Source: an uncultured Poribacteria bacterium (GTDB lineage: Bacteria > Poribacteria > WGA-4E > WGA-3G). From it: 64,000 nt of DNA. Below the pieces are notes generated by a model. It did no database searches, was not told the origin of the DNA, and was given only the letters and a program-made list of their open reading frames with translations. The translations under genes were made by a program, and so were the position numbers. Positions within the stretch are counted from its first letter, which is position 1. Every line of letters starts with the position of its first letter. Location of the stretch: assembly GCA_958296135.2 (NCBI GenBank), contig CATQHZ020000001.1, positions 1,088,001-1,152,000 on the forward strand, in the 5' to 3' direction. This document shows, piece after piece, positions 31,701-41,300 of the stretch.

Positions 31701-32921
31701 ATGAATAGGCACTTTTTTTACAGGGGGCTGCTGGGCTGTGTGCTGAGCGTTTTCGTGCTTATGCCCATCGCCAGTGCGCAAGAATCTCCCACTACAAAGA
31801 TATACTGGGCGAGACCCGGGCGCATCGGGTGTGCGAATCTTGATGGCTCAAACCCTCAGGACCTGCTTCGTGCAGGACAGGGATGGGTGATGTCTCTCGC
31901 GCTAGACGCTGCTCGCGGCAAAATGTATTGGCGTGAATATGGAGCGGGGACAAATATGATTCGTTGTGCGAATCTTGATGGCTCAAACCCTCAGGACCTG
32001 CTTCGTGCAGGACAGGGATGGATAATTTCCCTTACGCTAGATACGAGTGCTGGCAAAATGTATTGGCGCGAAAAAGGTAAGATTCGTTGTGCGAACCTCG
32101 ATGGAACAAACCCGCAAGATTTGCTCACGGGACTGGTATCTGACTTAGTGCTAGATACTACCGGCGGCAAAATCTACTGGACCGAATTTGACGTGAGCAC
32201 CGACGCAGATAAAATTCGTTGTGCGAACCTCGATGGTTCAAACCCCCAGGACTTGCTCACAGGATTGGCATCCGTATCTAGTCTGATGTTGGACACTATC
32301 GGCGGCAAAATGTATTGGCGCGAAAACGGCTGGAACTTGCGCGCAGATAAATTTCGGTGCGCAAATCTGGATGGAACGGCCCCGCAAGAGCTCGTCACGG
32401 GATTTGATGTCGGTTCCTTCAGACTAGATACTATCGGCGGCAAAATCTATTGGATCAAACATGACTCAAGCACCGGAGAAAACAATTTTCGGCGTGCGAA
32501 CTTGGATGGCACAAATGTCCAAGCCCTCGTCACGGGCTTGGATGAAATTTGGTCTGTCACACTTGATGCTGCCGGCGGCAAAATCTACTGGCGCGAGTAT
32601 GACTCGGACACGCAAGAAGATAAAATTCGGCATGCGAATCTCGATGGCTCAAACCCGGAGACTCTCTTTACGAAGAAGGGATCTCCGGGCATTGTACCTA
32701 TCGTCGTGTTTCGCACAGAAGGTGCCGAGAGCGTGGTTGCTGCGGATGTCAATGGCGATGGGGTTGTGAACATTCAGGATTTAACCTGGGTCGCCTCGCG
32801 TTTTGGGAGAACGGGGCCGGATAGCGCGGATGTTAACGGCGATAATGTTGTTAATATTATGGATCTTGTCTTGGTGGCTGGGGCCCTAGATGCTGAAGCC
32901 GGCGGGCCTAGCGAAGATTGA
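31701..32921 (+). CDS. Secreted LDL-receptor class B (YWTD-like/DUF5050) repeat protein with C-terminal dockerin-like domain
   Basis: Seven KxYW...IRxANLDGSNPQ repeats; DVNGDGVVNIQDL and DVNGDNVVNIMDL. Confidence 0.9.
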   Translation: MNRHFFYRGLLGCVLSVFVLMPIASAQESPTTKIYWARPGRIGCANLDGSNPQDLLRAGQGWVMSLALDAARGKMYWREYGAGTNMIRCANLDGSNPQDLLRAGQGWIISLTLDTSAGKMYWREKGKIRCANLDGTNPQDLLTGLVSDLVLDTTGGKIYWTEFDVSTDADKIRCANLDGSNPQDLLTGLASVSSLMLDTIGGKMYWRENGWNLRADKFRCANLDGTAPQELVTGFDVGSFRLDTIGGKIYWIKHDSSTGENNFRRANLDGTNVQALVTGLDEIWSVTLDAAGGKIYWREYDSDTQEDKIRHANLDGSNPETLFTKKGSPGIVPIVVFRTEGAESVVAADVNGDGVVNIQDLTWVASRFGRTGPDSADVNGDNVVNIMDLVLVAGALDAEAGGPSED

Positions 32922-33295
32922 GACCAGGAGGGCGCGGGGCATCGAGCCCCGAGGTCTCTCCTACAAGGGGACATTGAGACGTGGGAGGTTGCGCCGCCGG
33001 TAGGAGGGACATCCCTGTCCCGATAAGGAATCAGCGAGACGCGGGAGGTTGCGCCTACAGCATCGAGACCAGGAGGTCTCTCCTACAAGGGGACATCGAG
33101 AGGCGGGAGGTTGCGCCGCCGGTAGGAGGGACATCCCTGTCCCGATACGGAACCAGCGAGACTACCGGGGAGGAGTCGAGCCCCGAGGTCTCTCCTACAA
33201 GGGGATATCGAGACGTGGGAGGTTGCGCCGCCGGTAGGAGGCGGAACCAGCGAGACTACTGGGGGGCATCGAGACGCAGGCGGTCTCTCCTACCG
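32920..33295. repeat. Composite REP (BIME-like) array
   Basis: Repeated GGGAGGTTGCGCCGCCGGTAGGAGGGACATCCCTGTCCCGAT and GAGGTCTCTCCTAC units. Confidence 0.85.
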
Positions 33296-33326
33296 AACAA
33301 GGAAGTAGACGTTTTTTTTTCGATAG

Positions 33327-34856
33327 ATGGGGGTGTTATTCATGCTAAACTTGAGCGATGTGCTCAATCCTTCAGCGAATGTGCAGGTGCATGCACACTG
33401 GGATGCGATGGCAGACGGGACGTTCAAACTATACGAAGATTCCCCACAACACGTGGAGTTGTTCAGCCTGTCTCCTGTCTCCCCGGTCCAGGCGTATGAG
33501 GCATCGGCGTTCACAGCCTTTCTCCCACCCTCGGACGTGACGGTGGGAGACGTATGGGAGTTGGAATTGGACAAGGTTGTCCCGTTCCTTTACCAATTTC
33601 ACACTGGGGCGACTGGGAAGTTAGTGCACGGGCAGGAAGGCGCGTTCGCCTGCTTACGGGCCCTTTCATCGGGTTATGCAGATATCGCGTTCCGCATCCA
33701 TGCAGAATTTACGTTGGAGAGTCCGGCACATAGGGAGTGGGCAAAGGCCAACGCGAGCGATGGTTGGGAGCCCCAGGCGCGTTTTATTCCATCGCAGTTC
33801 GCGGGACGCGTGCGGATCAATCTCAAGACGGAGCGGGTTCGCGATTTTTCGCTCTACCTGCCACCCCGCAATAGCAATGTTGATATCAACGCCTTTCGGT
33901 GCGCTGATATGGTATTTGTGCCGCGCATGGAACTTGGTGCCTCTGATAGGGCAGACCGCGGTGAGATTGCGTGGGATAGTGCTATCTCCGAGGAAGCCGC
34001 GCGCAAGGCGTTGGAACTGAAGTTCTACCGATTTGCTCAAATTGCGTGGAAACCGATTGAGGAGGCTGTTGCGTTTGCAAAAGCGGCGAACCGGCCCCTT
34101 CACGCGGTTCTGGTTTGGGGGCCGCTTGACGACGAATCGTGCTGAGCGAATGGCAAGAATTTGAGGGCGGGTCCGCTCTCTTCGCCGGAAGTTATTGAGA
34201 CGCTCAACGCGCAGTTTGTCAATACGTGGGTGCTACTTCGTGAGTTGCCGGCCCTGATAGATGGCGCGAGAGGGGAAGGTGCCGGTCGCGTCGCCGCGAA
34301 ACTCCAAGAGCATTACACCGATTCTGTTGATATTTTGGCACTGACTCCGGAGGCAGAGGTGATTATGCATCAGCCGGAGATGGCACTTATTGGGCGCAAT
34401 AAGGCCCCCTCTTATCTGACACTGCTTCGGCGTTCTGTGGAAGCGTTTGAGGGGAAACCCTTGCACCGCCCGATTAGTTTGGGGGAAAGGCAGGAGGTAT
34501 CAGGCACTTTTCGCGCCCCTGGCGATGGCTATCAGGATTACACGCCGGTTGAGATTGATGCCACCGCGTTTGAAAACGGCGGTGTCCTCCACATTGAGGT
34601 GCAGGTAGGCGACGACGGGGCGGAAGGCACGTGTGCCCTGTTTGATGCCGACACCGAGCTGCCGACAGAAGGAACGCCGGATGACGCGTTGGCTGGCCGT
34701 CGGGCTATTCCGCCCGGTGAAAAGGGACATGTTTTTCACCGTTTCAAACAGGGGCAGTGCTTTCGGCTGGGCGTGACAGGCAGCTGGGAAAACGAGAAGG
34801 GTAGCACCAACACCTTTCGCGCGCGTATTGCTATCGTGCCAAACCCGGTAGATTGA
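33327..34856 (+). CDS. Selenoprotein N (SelN/SELENON)-like protein; in-frame TGA at 34143-34145 read as selenocysteine
   Basis: ORFs 33327-34145 and 34161-34856 share a frame; motifs GAFACL, FRIHAEF, PSQFAG, PRMEL, WGPLDDESC*ANGKNLR...LNAQFVNTW match SelN on both sides of the TGA; start may be ATG 33342. Confidence 0.88.
34146..34186 (+). promoter_or_regulatory. Putative bacterial SECIS element
   Basis: Stem GAGGGCG(34163-69)/CGCTCTC(34174-80) with GGTC loop 24 nt after the TGA; GCGAA/TTCGC can form a lower stem. Confidence 0.75.
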
Positions 34857-34874
34857 TTTGTGGGGCGAGGGGGA

Positions 34875-35282
34875 AACCTGTCGCGCGCGTTTCAAATCTC
34901 CGCGCGCACAAAGGCGAGATACGCTCCTGACATTAACACATCGAGAGGCGGGAGGTTGCGCCGCCGGTAGGAGGGACATCCCTGTCCCGATACGAAATCA
35001 GCGAGACGCGGGAGGTTGCGCCTACCGGGAGAAATCGAGCCCCGAGGTCTCTCCTACAAGGGGACATTGAGAGGCGGGAGGTTGCGCCGCCGGTAGGTGG
35101 GACATCCCTGTCCCGATACGGATACAGCGAGAACAGAGGTTGCGCCTACCGGGGGAAATCGAGACCAGAGGTCTCTCCTACCGGGGAAATCGAGCCCCGA
35201 GGTCTCTCCTACCGGGTGGAACCTGTCGCGCGCGTTTCAAATCTCCGCGCGCACAAAGGCGAGATACGCTCCTGACATTAAC
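34875..35282. repeat. 63-bp direct repeats (34875-34937, 35220-35282) flanking a REP array
   Basis: AACCTGTCGCGCGCGTTTCAAATCTCC...CCTGACATTAAC present twice; the interval holds the same units as 32920-33295. Confidence 0.85.
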
Positions 35283-36646
35283 GCGATGAAAAGCAGCACG
35301 AGCAGTAGCAAATCCACTGCGGCGGTGTTGAAATCTCGGTTGAGGCTGCGTGTGTCTTTAAAGCGCGGCATTGCGGCGGGTTCAACCTTTCTCTGTGACA
35401 TGCCGGTGGGCACGCCGATGAGATGGAGACTCTCCGCATCGTGTCCATCGTTCTCGATGATGAATTCCCGGAATTGGCGGGCGTAAGGCTGAACGTTCTC
35501 CAAGAATTGGAGGTGTCTCTCGAACCCTGTGCCGGCGAACGTCTCCATGAGATGCTGGACGAGTGCTACAGGAGAGATTCGGATGATGGCACGTGCCTCC
35601 TTAACTTGTTGGATTTCCTGTGCTAAGCGTTCTCTGTTTAAGCGTTCATGTTGCTGTGCGTCTTTGGTGACGTACGCTCCCTGTTCTTGCAGGACAGCGT
35701 ATCGTTTCGTGTTTCGGATCCGGATGTATTCGCGATACTGCTCCTTAAGTGCCGTATCAAGTTGTCCCCGGCGTTCCTGAAATTCGGCGCGGGACATTGG
35801 TGATGAGAACCCCCGGACAATGGTGGCGAGGGTGCTCGGCATGAAAACGACGAAGGTTACCCAAGCCAAGAGGAGAATCACGAGACTCACGGCGCTGCGT
35901 TGCATCCGTGCAGAAACGAGCAGGCCTAACGCGAGGAAAAGGCAGACGTAGAGGATTGCGATGATGAAGATGATGCCTAGCCGGCCCCACTCTCCTGCAG
36001 TGAGTTGGACGCTGCGGGACGTGGAAATCACGAGCAGGTTCATCAAGGTGGCGAGTGTGAAAGGGATGAGGAGACTGATGAGCGCGCCGAGGAACTTGCC
36101 GAGTAGCACGGCGTGCCGTGGAATGGCATTTGCTAGCATTAAGCGCAGTGTGCCGCTTTCTCGCTCACCGGCGATGGCATCAAATGTGAACAGCAGCGCG
36201 GTAAGACTCAACACATAGCCGACGATGAACCCCCAATCCACTTTGGTAACCTCTGGGCGGATATTAGCCAAATTGGGTCTGACGGAGGGATAGTGCAGCC
36301 GCCAGAAAGATTTCAGCGCACCCCGCCGCCACGAGTGGGATTCTCCCCGAACAACGTCGGGTATAAATGCCTCGCCGCCTTCGGCACAGAAGTGGAGCGG
36401 TGACGGCGTTTTGTAAAAGTTGCCGGGGCCCTTTTGTGCAAGGGTATACAGGTTGTCTGCCCGCGCCGTTAAAGCATTTCGGGTGTTGGTGATAGCATCG
36501 TGATACTTCTGCATCCGTTTTGGATGTTCGCGGAGATGCGTCACGGCATTGGTGAGCATCAATGCGAGGAGCAGGAGGAGTGTCAAGCCAAAGCGGAGGC
36601 TATTGAGATTCTCGTAAATTTCGCGTGTTGCGATGTGCCAAATCAT
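35237..36646 (-). CDS. ABC-2 type transporter permease, subtype B copy 2
   Basis: MIWHIATRE, FTFDAIAGERESGTLRLMLAN, AYLAFVRAEI. Confidence 0.9.
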   Translation of the reverse strand: MIWHIATREIYENLNSLRFGLTLLLLLALMLTNAVTHLREHPKRMQKYHDAITNTRNALTARADNLYTLAQKGPGNFYKTPSPLHFCAEGGEAFIPDVVRGESHSWRRGALKSFWRLHYPSVRPNLANIRPEVTKVDWGFIVGYVLSLTALLFTFDAIAGERESGTLRLMLANAIPRHAVLLGKFLGALISLLIPFTLATLMNLLVISTSRSVQLTAGEWGRLGIIFIIAILYVCLFLALGLLVSARMQRSAVSLVILLLAWVTFVVFMPSTLATIVRGFSSPMSRAEFQERRGQLDTALKEQYREYIRIRNTKRYAVLQEQGAYVTKDAQQHERLNRERLAQEIQQVKEARAIIRISPVALVQHLMETFAGTGFERHLQFLENVQPYARQFREFIIENDGHDAESLHLIGVPTGMSQRKVEPAAMPRFKDTRSLNRDFNTAAVDLLLLVLLFIALMSGAYLAFVRAEI

Positions 36647-36700
36647 TTGTGTGTCCTCTGTATTCCCGGTAGGAGCCGCTCCGAGCCGCTCCGTTTGTGA

Positions 36701-38215
36701 TTACACCTCACTCCTCACGAACACCAGAAATATCGCCATAAATAAGACAAAGTTGGTTAGCACTAGGAGGAAAAGATGCGGCACTGCGCGCTGTGCGTTT
36801 ACCGCAATCCCGCTTCGCTGGTAAGAGAACGGCGGCAGCGTGCTCCAATCTGCCTCCGCTTTATCTGACAGAAACCACTCTCGCGCCGCGTAAACCTCTG
36901 TATCGTAGAGATAATTGACGAGTGCCCGCCGCCACTGCCGGGCTGCGACAAAAAAGTCTTGGATGCTCCCCCAATCGGTGCCTGCCCATGCTTGTGTTGC
37001 TGCATCATACATGCCGATAGGTGAAAGGTTCAACCACATTCTGTCCACTGCCGCCTGCTGGCCGTAGATATCCTTGAGTGCGGCATCTCGGACGTGCCAT
37101 GTCTGCTCTGCAGTCTTTATCATCAGCGGCACCAGGAATCGGAAATAATTCTGTGCGTGCGGTACCAGCGTTTCGCCCCTCGGTCCAACTTCACTATACT
37201 GGATGCTTATCCAGTAGTAATACCTTAAGGTTCTCCGCGAAGAGTTAAAGTCTGCTCCCACACTTCCGTATCCGTGTATGCCTAAATCCGGTTCCTCTCC
37301 AGGAACCAGATCATTGTGGAGGAACTTGAGGCGTTCTCTATCAAATTCTGTCCACAGTTGCTCTATCTGCTCAAAAGCGGTATCTCTGCGCGCCCTCGGG
37401 TCTTCCGGCGGATCCGTGGCGACTAAGATGACGTTTGGATACACCAGCACTAAGAAGCCCCATGCGAACATAGAGACTATCAAGGCGGTGCTTGTGCGGC
37501 GTGTCGCCGCCGAGATGAGCATTCCGATGAGGTAGAACACCGAGAGATACGCGAGCGATGCTAGCACGATGCCGCCGATGCGGAGAAAATCGTCGGTGCT
37601 CAGCGCGACGGCGGTGGCGGTAGTTAGCAAAATCAGCGCGAGGAGCAGACTCATCACCAACGGCACCAGGAGGCAGAGCATTGCACTGATGTATTTGGCG
37701 AGCAGGATGTATCCGCGGCGGATAGAATTCGTCAGGACTAAGCGTAACGTGCCGCGTTCGTGTTCTCCCGCAATCGCATCGTAGGCGAAAATGAGTGCCA
37801 TCAGGCTGAGCACTACCTCGAAGATGAAGACGATGTCAATGGCGGTGAAGATATTGAAGAGCGGATTATCCGCCCCGTGTGTGAAAGCATCCCACAGTGT
37901 CGGCACCAAATCGTGCGCAGCCGATACCGAGTTGCCCAACCGTTTATCCAATCCGACGTTGAAAATACTTAACGGATTCGGCGGTCTGGCGAGTTTTATC
38001 TCTTCGGCCAACCCCGCCATATAATTCTTTTTCTCCCGCAATTTCTGTTGATGCGTTTTGACAGCGGTGTTGTAGTCGGCTAATCGCCGCTCGTAGTCTT
38101 CAATGAGCACGGCCGTATTGGCGACGATTAACAGCAACATGATAAAGAGTGCCGCTGCGAAGCGGAATGTCATCAGATTATCAAGCAGTTCTCGGCGGAT
38201 AAGTGTTGTTAGCAT
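36701..38215 (-). CDS. ABC-2 type transporter permease, subtype A copy 2
   Basis: MLTTLIRRELLDNL, RPPNPLSIF, AYDAIAGEHERGTLRL. Confidence 0.9.
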   Translation of the reverse strand: MLTTLIRRELLDNLMTFRFAAALFIMLLLIVANTAVLIEDYERRLADYNTAVKTHQQKLREKKNYMAGLAEEIKLARPPNPLSIFNVGLDKRLGNSVSAAHDLVPTLWDAFTHGADNPLFNIFTAIDIVFIFEVVLSLMALIFAYDAIAGEHERGTLRLVLTNSIRRGYILLAKYISAMLCLLVPLVMSLLLALILLTTATAVALSTDDFLRIGGIVLASLAYLSVFYLIGMLISAATRRTSTALIVSMFAWGFLVLVYPNVILVATDPPEDPRARRDTAFEQIEQLWTEFDRERLKFLHNDLVPGEEPDLGIHGYGSVGADFNSSRRTLRYYYWISIQYSEVGPRGETLVPHAQNYFRFLVPLMIKTAEQTWHVRDAALKDIYGQQAAVDRMWLNLSPIGMYDAATQAWAGTDWGSIQDFFVAARQWRRALVNYLYDTEVYAAREWFLSDKAEADWSTLPPFSYQRSGIAVNAQRAVPHLFLLVLTNFVLFMAIFLVFVRSEV

Positions 38216-38255
38216 GAGGGTTGTCCGATGTTTTCAGTTTGTAGGCTAGGAGGGC

Positions 38256-39659
38256 TCAAATCTCCACGCGCACGAAGGCAAGATACGCCCCCAATAGCAG
38301 CACGATGAGAAACAGCACGAGCAGTAGCAAATCCATTGCGGCGGTGTTGAAATCTCTGCCCAGGTCGAGTGTATCCTTGAACTTTGGAATTGCTTCCATC
38401 GCGACTTTTTTCTGTGACATCCCTTCCCGCACGCCAACAACGTGGAGACTCTCCGCATCGTGCCGGTCTGTCTCAATGACAAATTTCTGGAATTGGCGGG
38501 CATAAGGCCGAACGTTCTGCAAGAATTGCCGGTGCCGCTCGAACCCTGTGCCAGCAAACGCTTCAAACAGGTGCTGCACCATCGCGACGGGTGAAATTCG
38601 GGTGATGCTGCGCGCTTCGCGAACTTGTTCGAGCTGCTGGGCTAAGTGTTCTTGGTTCAAGCGTTCCTGTAGTTGTGCTTCTTCGGTGACGTATTCTGCG
38701 AGTTCTCGTCTTCTTCTTTCGGGCTGCTCTGCGTCATAAGTGTCATATTTCTTCCGAAGTTCGGAGCCAATTTCCTTTCGTCGTTTCCGGTACTCATCGG
38801 AGGACATGGGCGATGAGAATCCGCTTGCGATGGAGGCGAGCGTGTTCGGCATGAATACCACCAGGCCTACCCACGTTAGCAAGAGAATCACGAGACTTAC
38901 CGCGCTGCGTTGCACGCGGGCGGAGACGAGCAAGCCTAACGCGAGGAAAAGGCAGACGTAGAGGATTGCGATGATGAAGATGATGCCTAGCCGGCCCCAC
39001 TCTCCTGCAGTGAGTTGGACACTGCGGGACATAGAAATCACCAGCAGGTTCATCAAGGTGGCGAGTGTGAAAGGGATGAGGAGACTGATGAGCGCGCCGA
39101 GGAACTTGCCGAGTAGCACGGTGTGCCGTGGAATGGCATTTGCTAGCATTAAGCGCAGTGTGCCGCTTTCCCGCTCACCGGCGATGGCATCAAACGTGAA
39201 CAGCAACGCAATCAGACTCAACACATAGCCGACGATGAATCCCCAATCCACTTTGGTAATGTCCGGCTCGATGTTGTCTACGTTCGGTGTGACAGTGGGA
39301 TATTTCAGCCGCCAAATGCTGCGTAGCCCACTAGCCCAGCCCCAATCGCCGCTCCCGCCGTGGACAACGTTCGGCAAAAAGGCTTCTCCGCCCTCTGCAC
39401 AGAAGTGGAGCGATGACGGCGTTTTGTAAAGCCTGCCGGGCCCTCTGCGGACAAGTTCATACAAGTTGTCAGCCCGGTCTCTCAAACTGTTCAGAGATTC
39501 GGCGACTGCGTCGTGATATTTCTGCATCCGTTTTGGATGTTCGCGCAGATGCACCACGGCGTTGGTGAGCATCAGTGCGAGGAGCAGGAGGGTTGTCAAA
39601 CCGAAGCGGAGGCTATTGAGATTCTCGTAAATTTCGCGTGTTGCGATGTGCCAAATCAT
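38256..39659 (-). CDS. ABC-2 type transporter permease, subtype B copy 1
   Basis: Paralogue of 35237-36646. Confidence 0.9.
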   Translation of the reverse strand: MIWHIATREIYENLNSLRFGLTTLLLLALMLTNAVVHLREHPKRMQKYHDAVAESLNSLRDRADNLYELVRRGPGRLYKTPSSLHFCAEGGEAFLPNVVHGGSGDWGWASGLRSIWRLKYPTVTPNVDNIEPDITKVDWGFIVGYVLSLIALLFTFDAIAGERESGTLRLMLANAIPRHTVLLGKFLGALISLLIPFTLATLMNLLVISMSRSVQLTAGEWGRLGIIFIIAILYVCLFLALGLLVSARVQRSAVSLVILLLTWVGLVVFMPNTLASIASGFSSPMSSDEYRKRRKEIGSELRKKYDTYDAEQPERRRRELAEYVTEEAQLQERLNQEHLAQQLEQVREARSITRISPVAMVQHLFEAFAGTGFERHRQFLQNVRPYARQFQKFVIETDRHDAESLHVVGVREGMSQKKVAMEAIPKFKDTLDLGRDFNTAAMDLLLLVLFLIVLLLGAYLAFVRVEI

Positions 39660-39719
39660 TTTTGTGTCACCCGATGTCGGGGTAGGCGCGGTTTGAAACC
39701 GCGCCTACCGGACGGCCCT

Positions 39720-41228
39720 TTAGACTTCGCTTCTCACAAAAATCAGAAATATCGCCATAAACAAGACGAGGCTAATCATGAGCAAGAGCATCATATCCGG
39801 CAATGCGCGCTTTGCATTTATCTCCACGCTTCTTCTCTCAAAAGAGAACTGCGGTAGTGTGCTCCAATCCGCCGCGCTTTTGTCTGCCAAAAACCATTCC
39901 CGTGCACCGAACGCGTCTTTATCCTCGTAGTAGGTTATCACCGTTTGCCGGTACTGCCGCGCGGCATCAAAAAAATCGCGGATACCGAGGAGATTTGTGC
40001 CGGCCCAGGCTTGTGTTGCGGCATCATATACCCCGAGGGGCGAGAGTTTCAACAGGGTTCTCTTAAGGTTCGCCTGCCGCACGAGGGTGTCCACCAGTGC
40101 CTCTTTCCGAATGAGCCAGGTCCGGTCTGCTGTTTGAATCGTCAGCGGGATGAGGAATCTGTGATAATTTTGGACGTGTGGCACGGCTGGTTGGTATTCT
40201 TCATCAATTTCATCAAAGGCCAGCGTCCTGTCATATATATTAAAAAGTGTTAACCGATTTTGGTAATAGGATTCCACAGCATACCCCCAATACCCTTTAA
40301 TGTTAAACTTCGAGTCTTCCCCCGGAAAAGCGTCCGCTGCGAGAAAGCGTTGCCGTTCCCTGTCAAACTCCTCCCAAATCTGTTTGATGTGATTCAAGGC
40401 GGAGGCGGCACGCTCTTGGGGGATGTCCGATGTCTCGAGCGTCGCGAGCATCATGTTCGGATAGACGAGCACCAGAAAACCCCACACGAACATTGCGAGC
40501 ATGAGTGCAGTGCTGGTGCGGTGCGTTATGGCGGAGATCAGGAGTCCGATGAGATAGAACACCGACAAGTATGCAATGGATGCGAGGAATATCCCCCCGA
40601 TGCGGAGAAAGTCGTCGGCGCGCAAGGAAATGGCGGCGGAGGTTGTCAACAAAATGAGCGCGAAGAGCAGACTCATTACCACTGGCACGAGGAGGCACGT
40701 CATCGCGCTGATATATTTGGCAAGCAGCAGGTGGCCACGGCTGACAGAGTTCGTCAGCACGAGGCGTAAGGTGCCGCGTTCACGTTCTCCGGCGAGCGCG
40801 TCGTAGGCGAACATCAGTGCTATTAAGCTGAGAACTACCTCAAAAATAAAACCCAGGTCTATCGCAGAGAAGAGGTTGAGGAGCGGATTGTCGGAACCGT
40901 TCATGCCTGCTTCCCACAGCGTTGGCACCGTGTTATACATCAGCCAGAGCTCGTTGCCCAACCGTTTGTCCAATCCGACGTTGAAGATACTCAACGGATT
41001 CGGTGGCCGGTTGAGCACTATTTCTCCGTCTGCATACATTTTTTTCTTTTGCAGTTCCTGCCGATTCGTTTTAACAGCGGTGTTGTAGTCCCCCAATCGC
41101 CGCTCGTAATCGTTGATGAGGACCGCCGTATTGGCGACGACTAAGAGCAACATGACAAGCAGTGCGGCGGCGAAGCGGAACGTCATGAGGTTGTCGAGCA
41201 GTTCTCGGCGGATGAGTGTGGTTAACAT
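39720..41228 (-). CDS. ABC-2 type transporter permease, subtype A copy 1
   Basis: Paralogue of 36701-38215; start set at MLTTLIRRE. Confidence 0.9.
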   Translation of the reverse strand: MLTTLIRRELLDNLMTFRFAAALLVMLLLVVANTAVLINDYERRLGDYNTAVKTNRQELQKKKMYADGEIVLNRPPNPLSIFNVGLDKRLGNELWLMYNTVPTLWEAGMNGSDNPLLNLFSAIDLGFIFEVVLSLIALMFAYDALAGERERGTLRLVLTNSVSRGHLLLAKYISAMTCLLVPVVMSLLFALILLTTSAAISLRADDFLRIGGIFLASIAYLSVFYLIGLLISAITHRTSTALMLAMFVWGFLVLVYPNMMLATLETSDIPQERAASALNHIKQIWEEFDRERQRFLAADAFPGEDSKFNIKGYWGYAVESYYQNRLTLFNIYDRTLAFDEIDEEYQPAVPHVQNYHRFLIPLTIQTADRTWLIRKEALVDTLVRQANLKRTLLKLSPLGVYDAATQAWAGTNLLGIRDFFDAARQYRQTVITYYEDKDAFGAREWFLADKSAADWSTLPQFSFERRSVEINAKRALPDMMLLLMISLVLFMAIFLIFVRSEV

Positions 41229-41300
41229 GCTACTTTCTCGGCACTTGATTTGCTCCACTTGTCCCGACTTCTCGGCGGATGAGTGTGGTTAACATGCTAC
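41202..41300. repeat. 32-bp direct repeat of the permease start region (41202-41233, 41269-41300)
   Basis: TTCTCGGCGGATGAGTGTGGTTAACATGCTAC twice, 67 bp apart. Confidence 0.9.

Noticed and set aside
32981-33300. ORFs over REP arrays (also 35097-35486, 45589-46104, 63164-63660 and N-terminal extensions at 2008 and 43927)
   Set aside because: They translate repeat DNA, have no protein motifs, and better starts with RBS exist downstream.
34161-34856. Independent 231-aa gene starting at TTG
   Set aside because: In frame with the upstream ORF, and SelN similarity runs through the TGA; treated as one selenoprotein gene.
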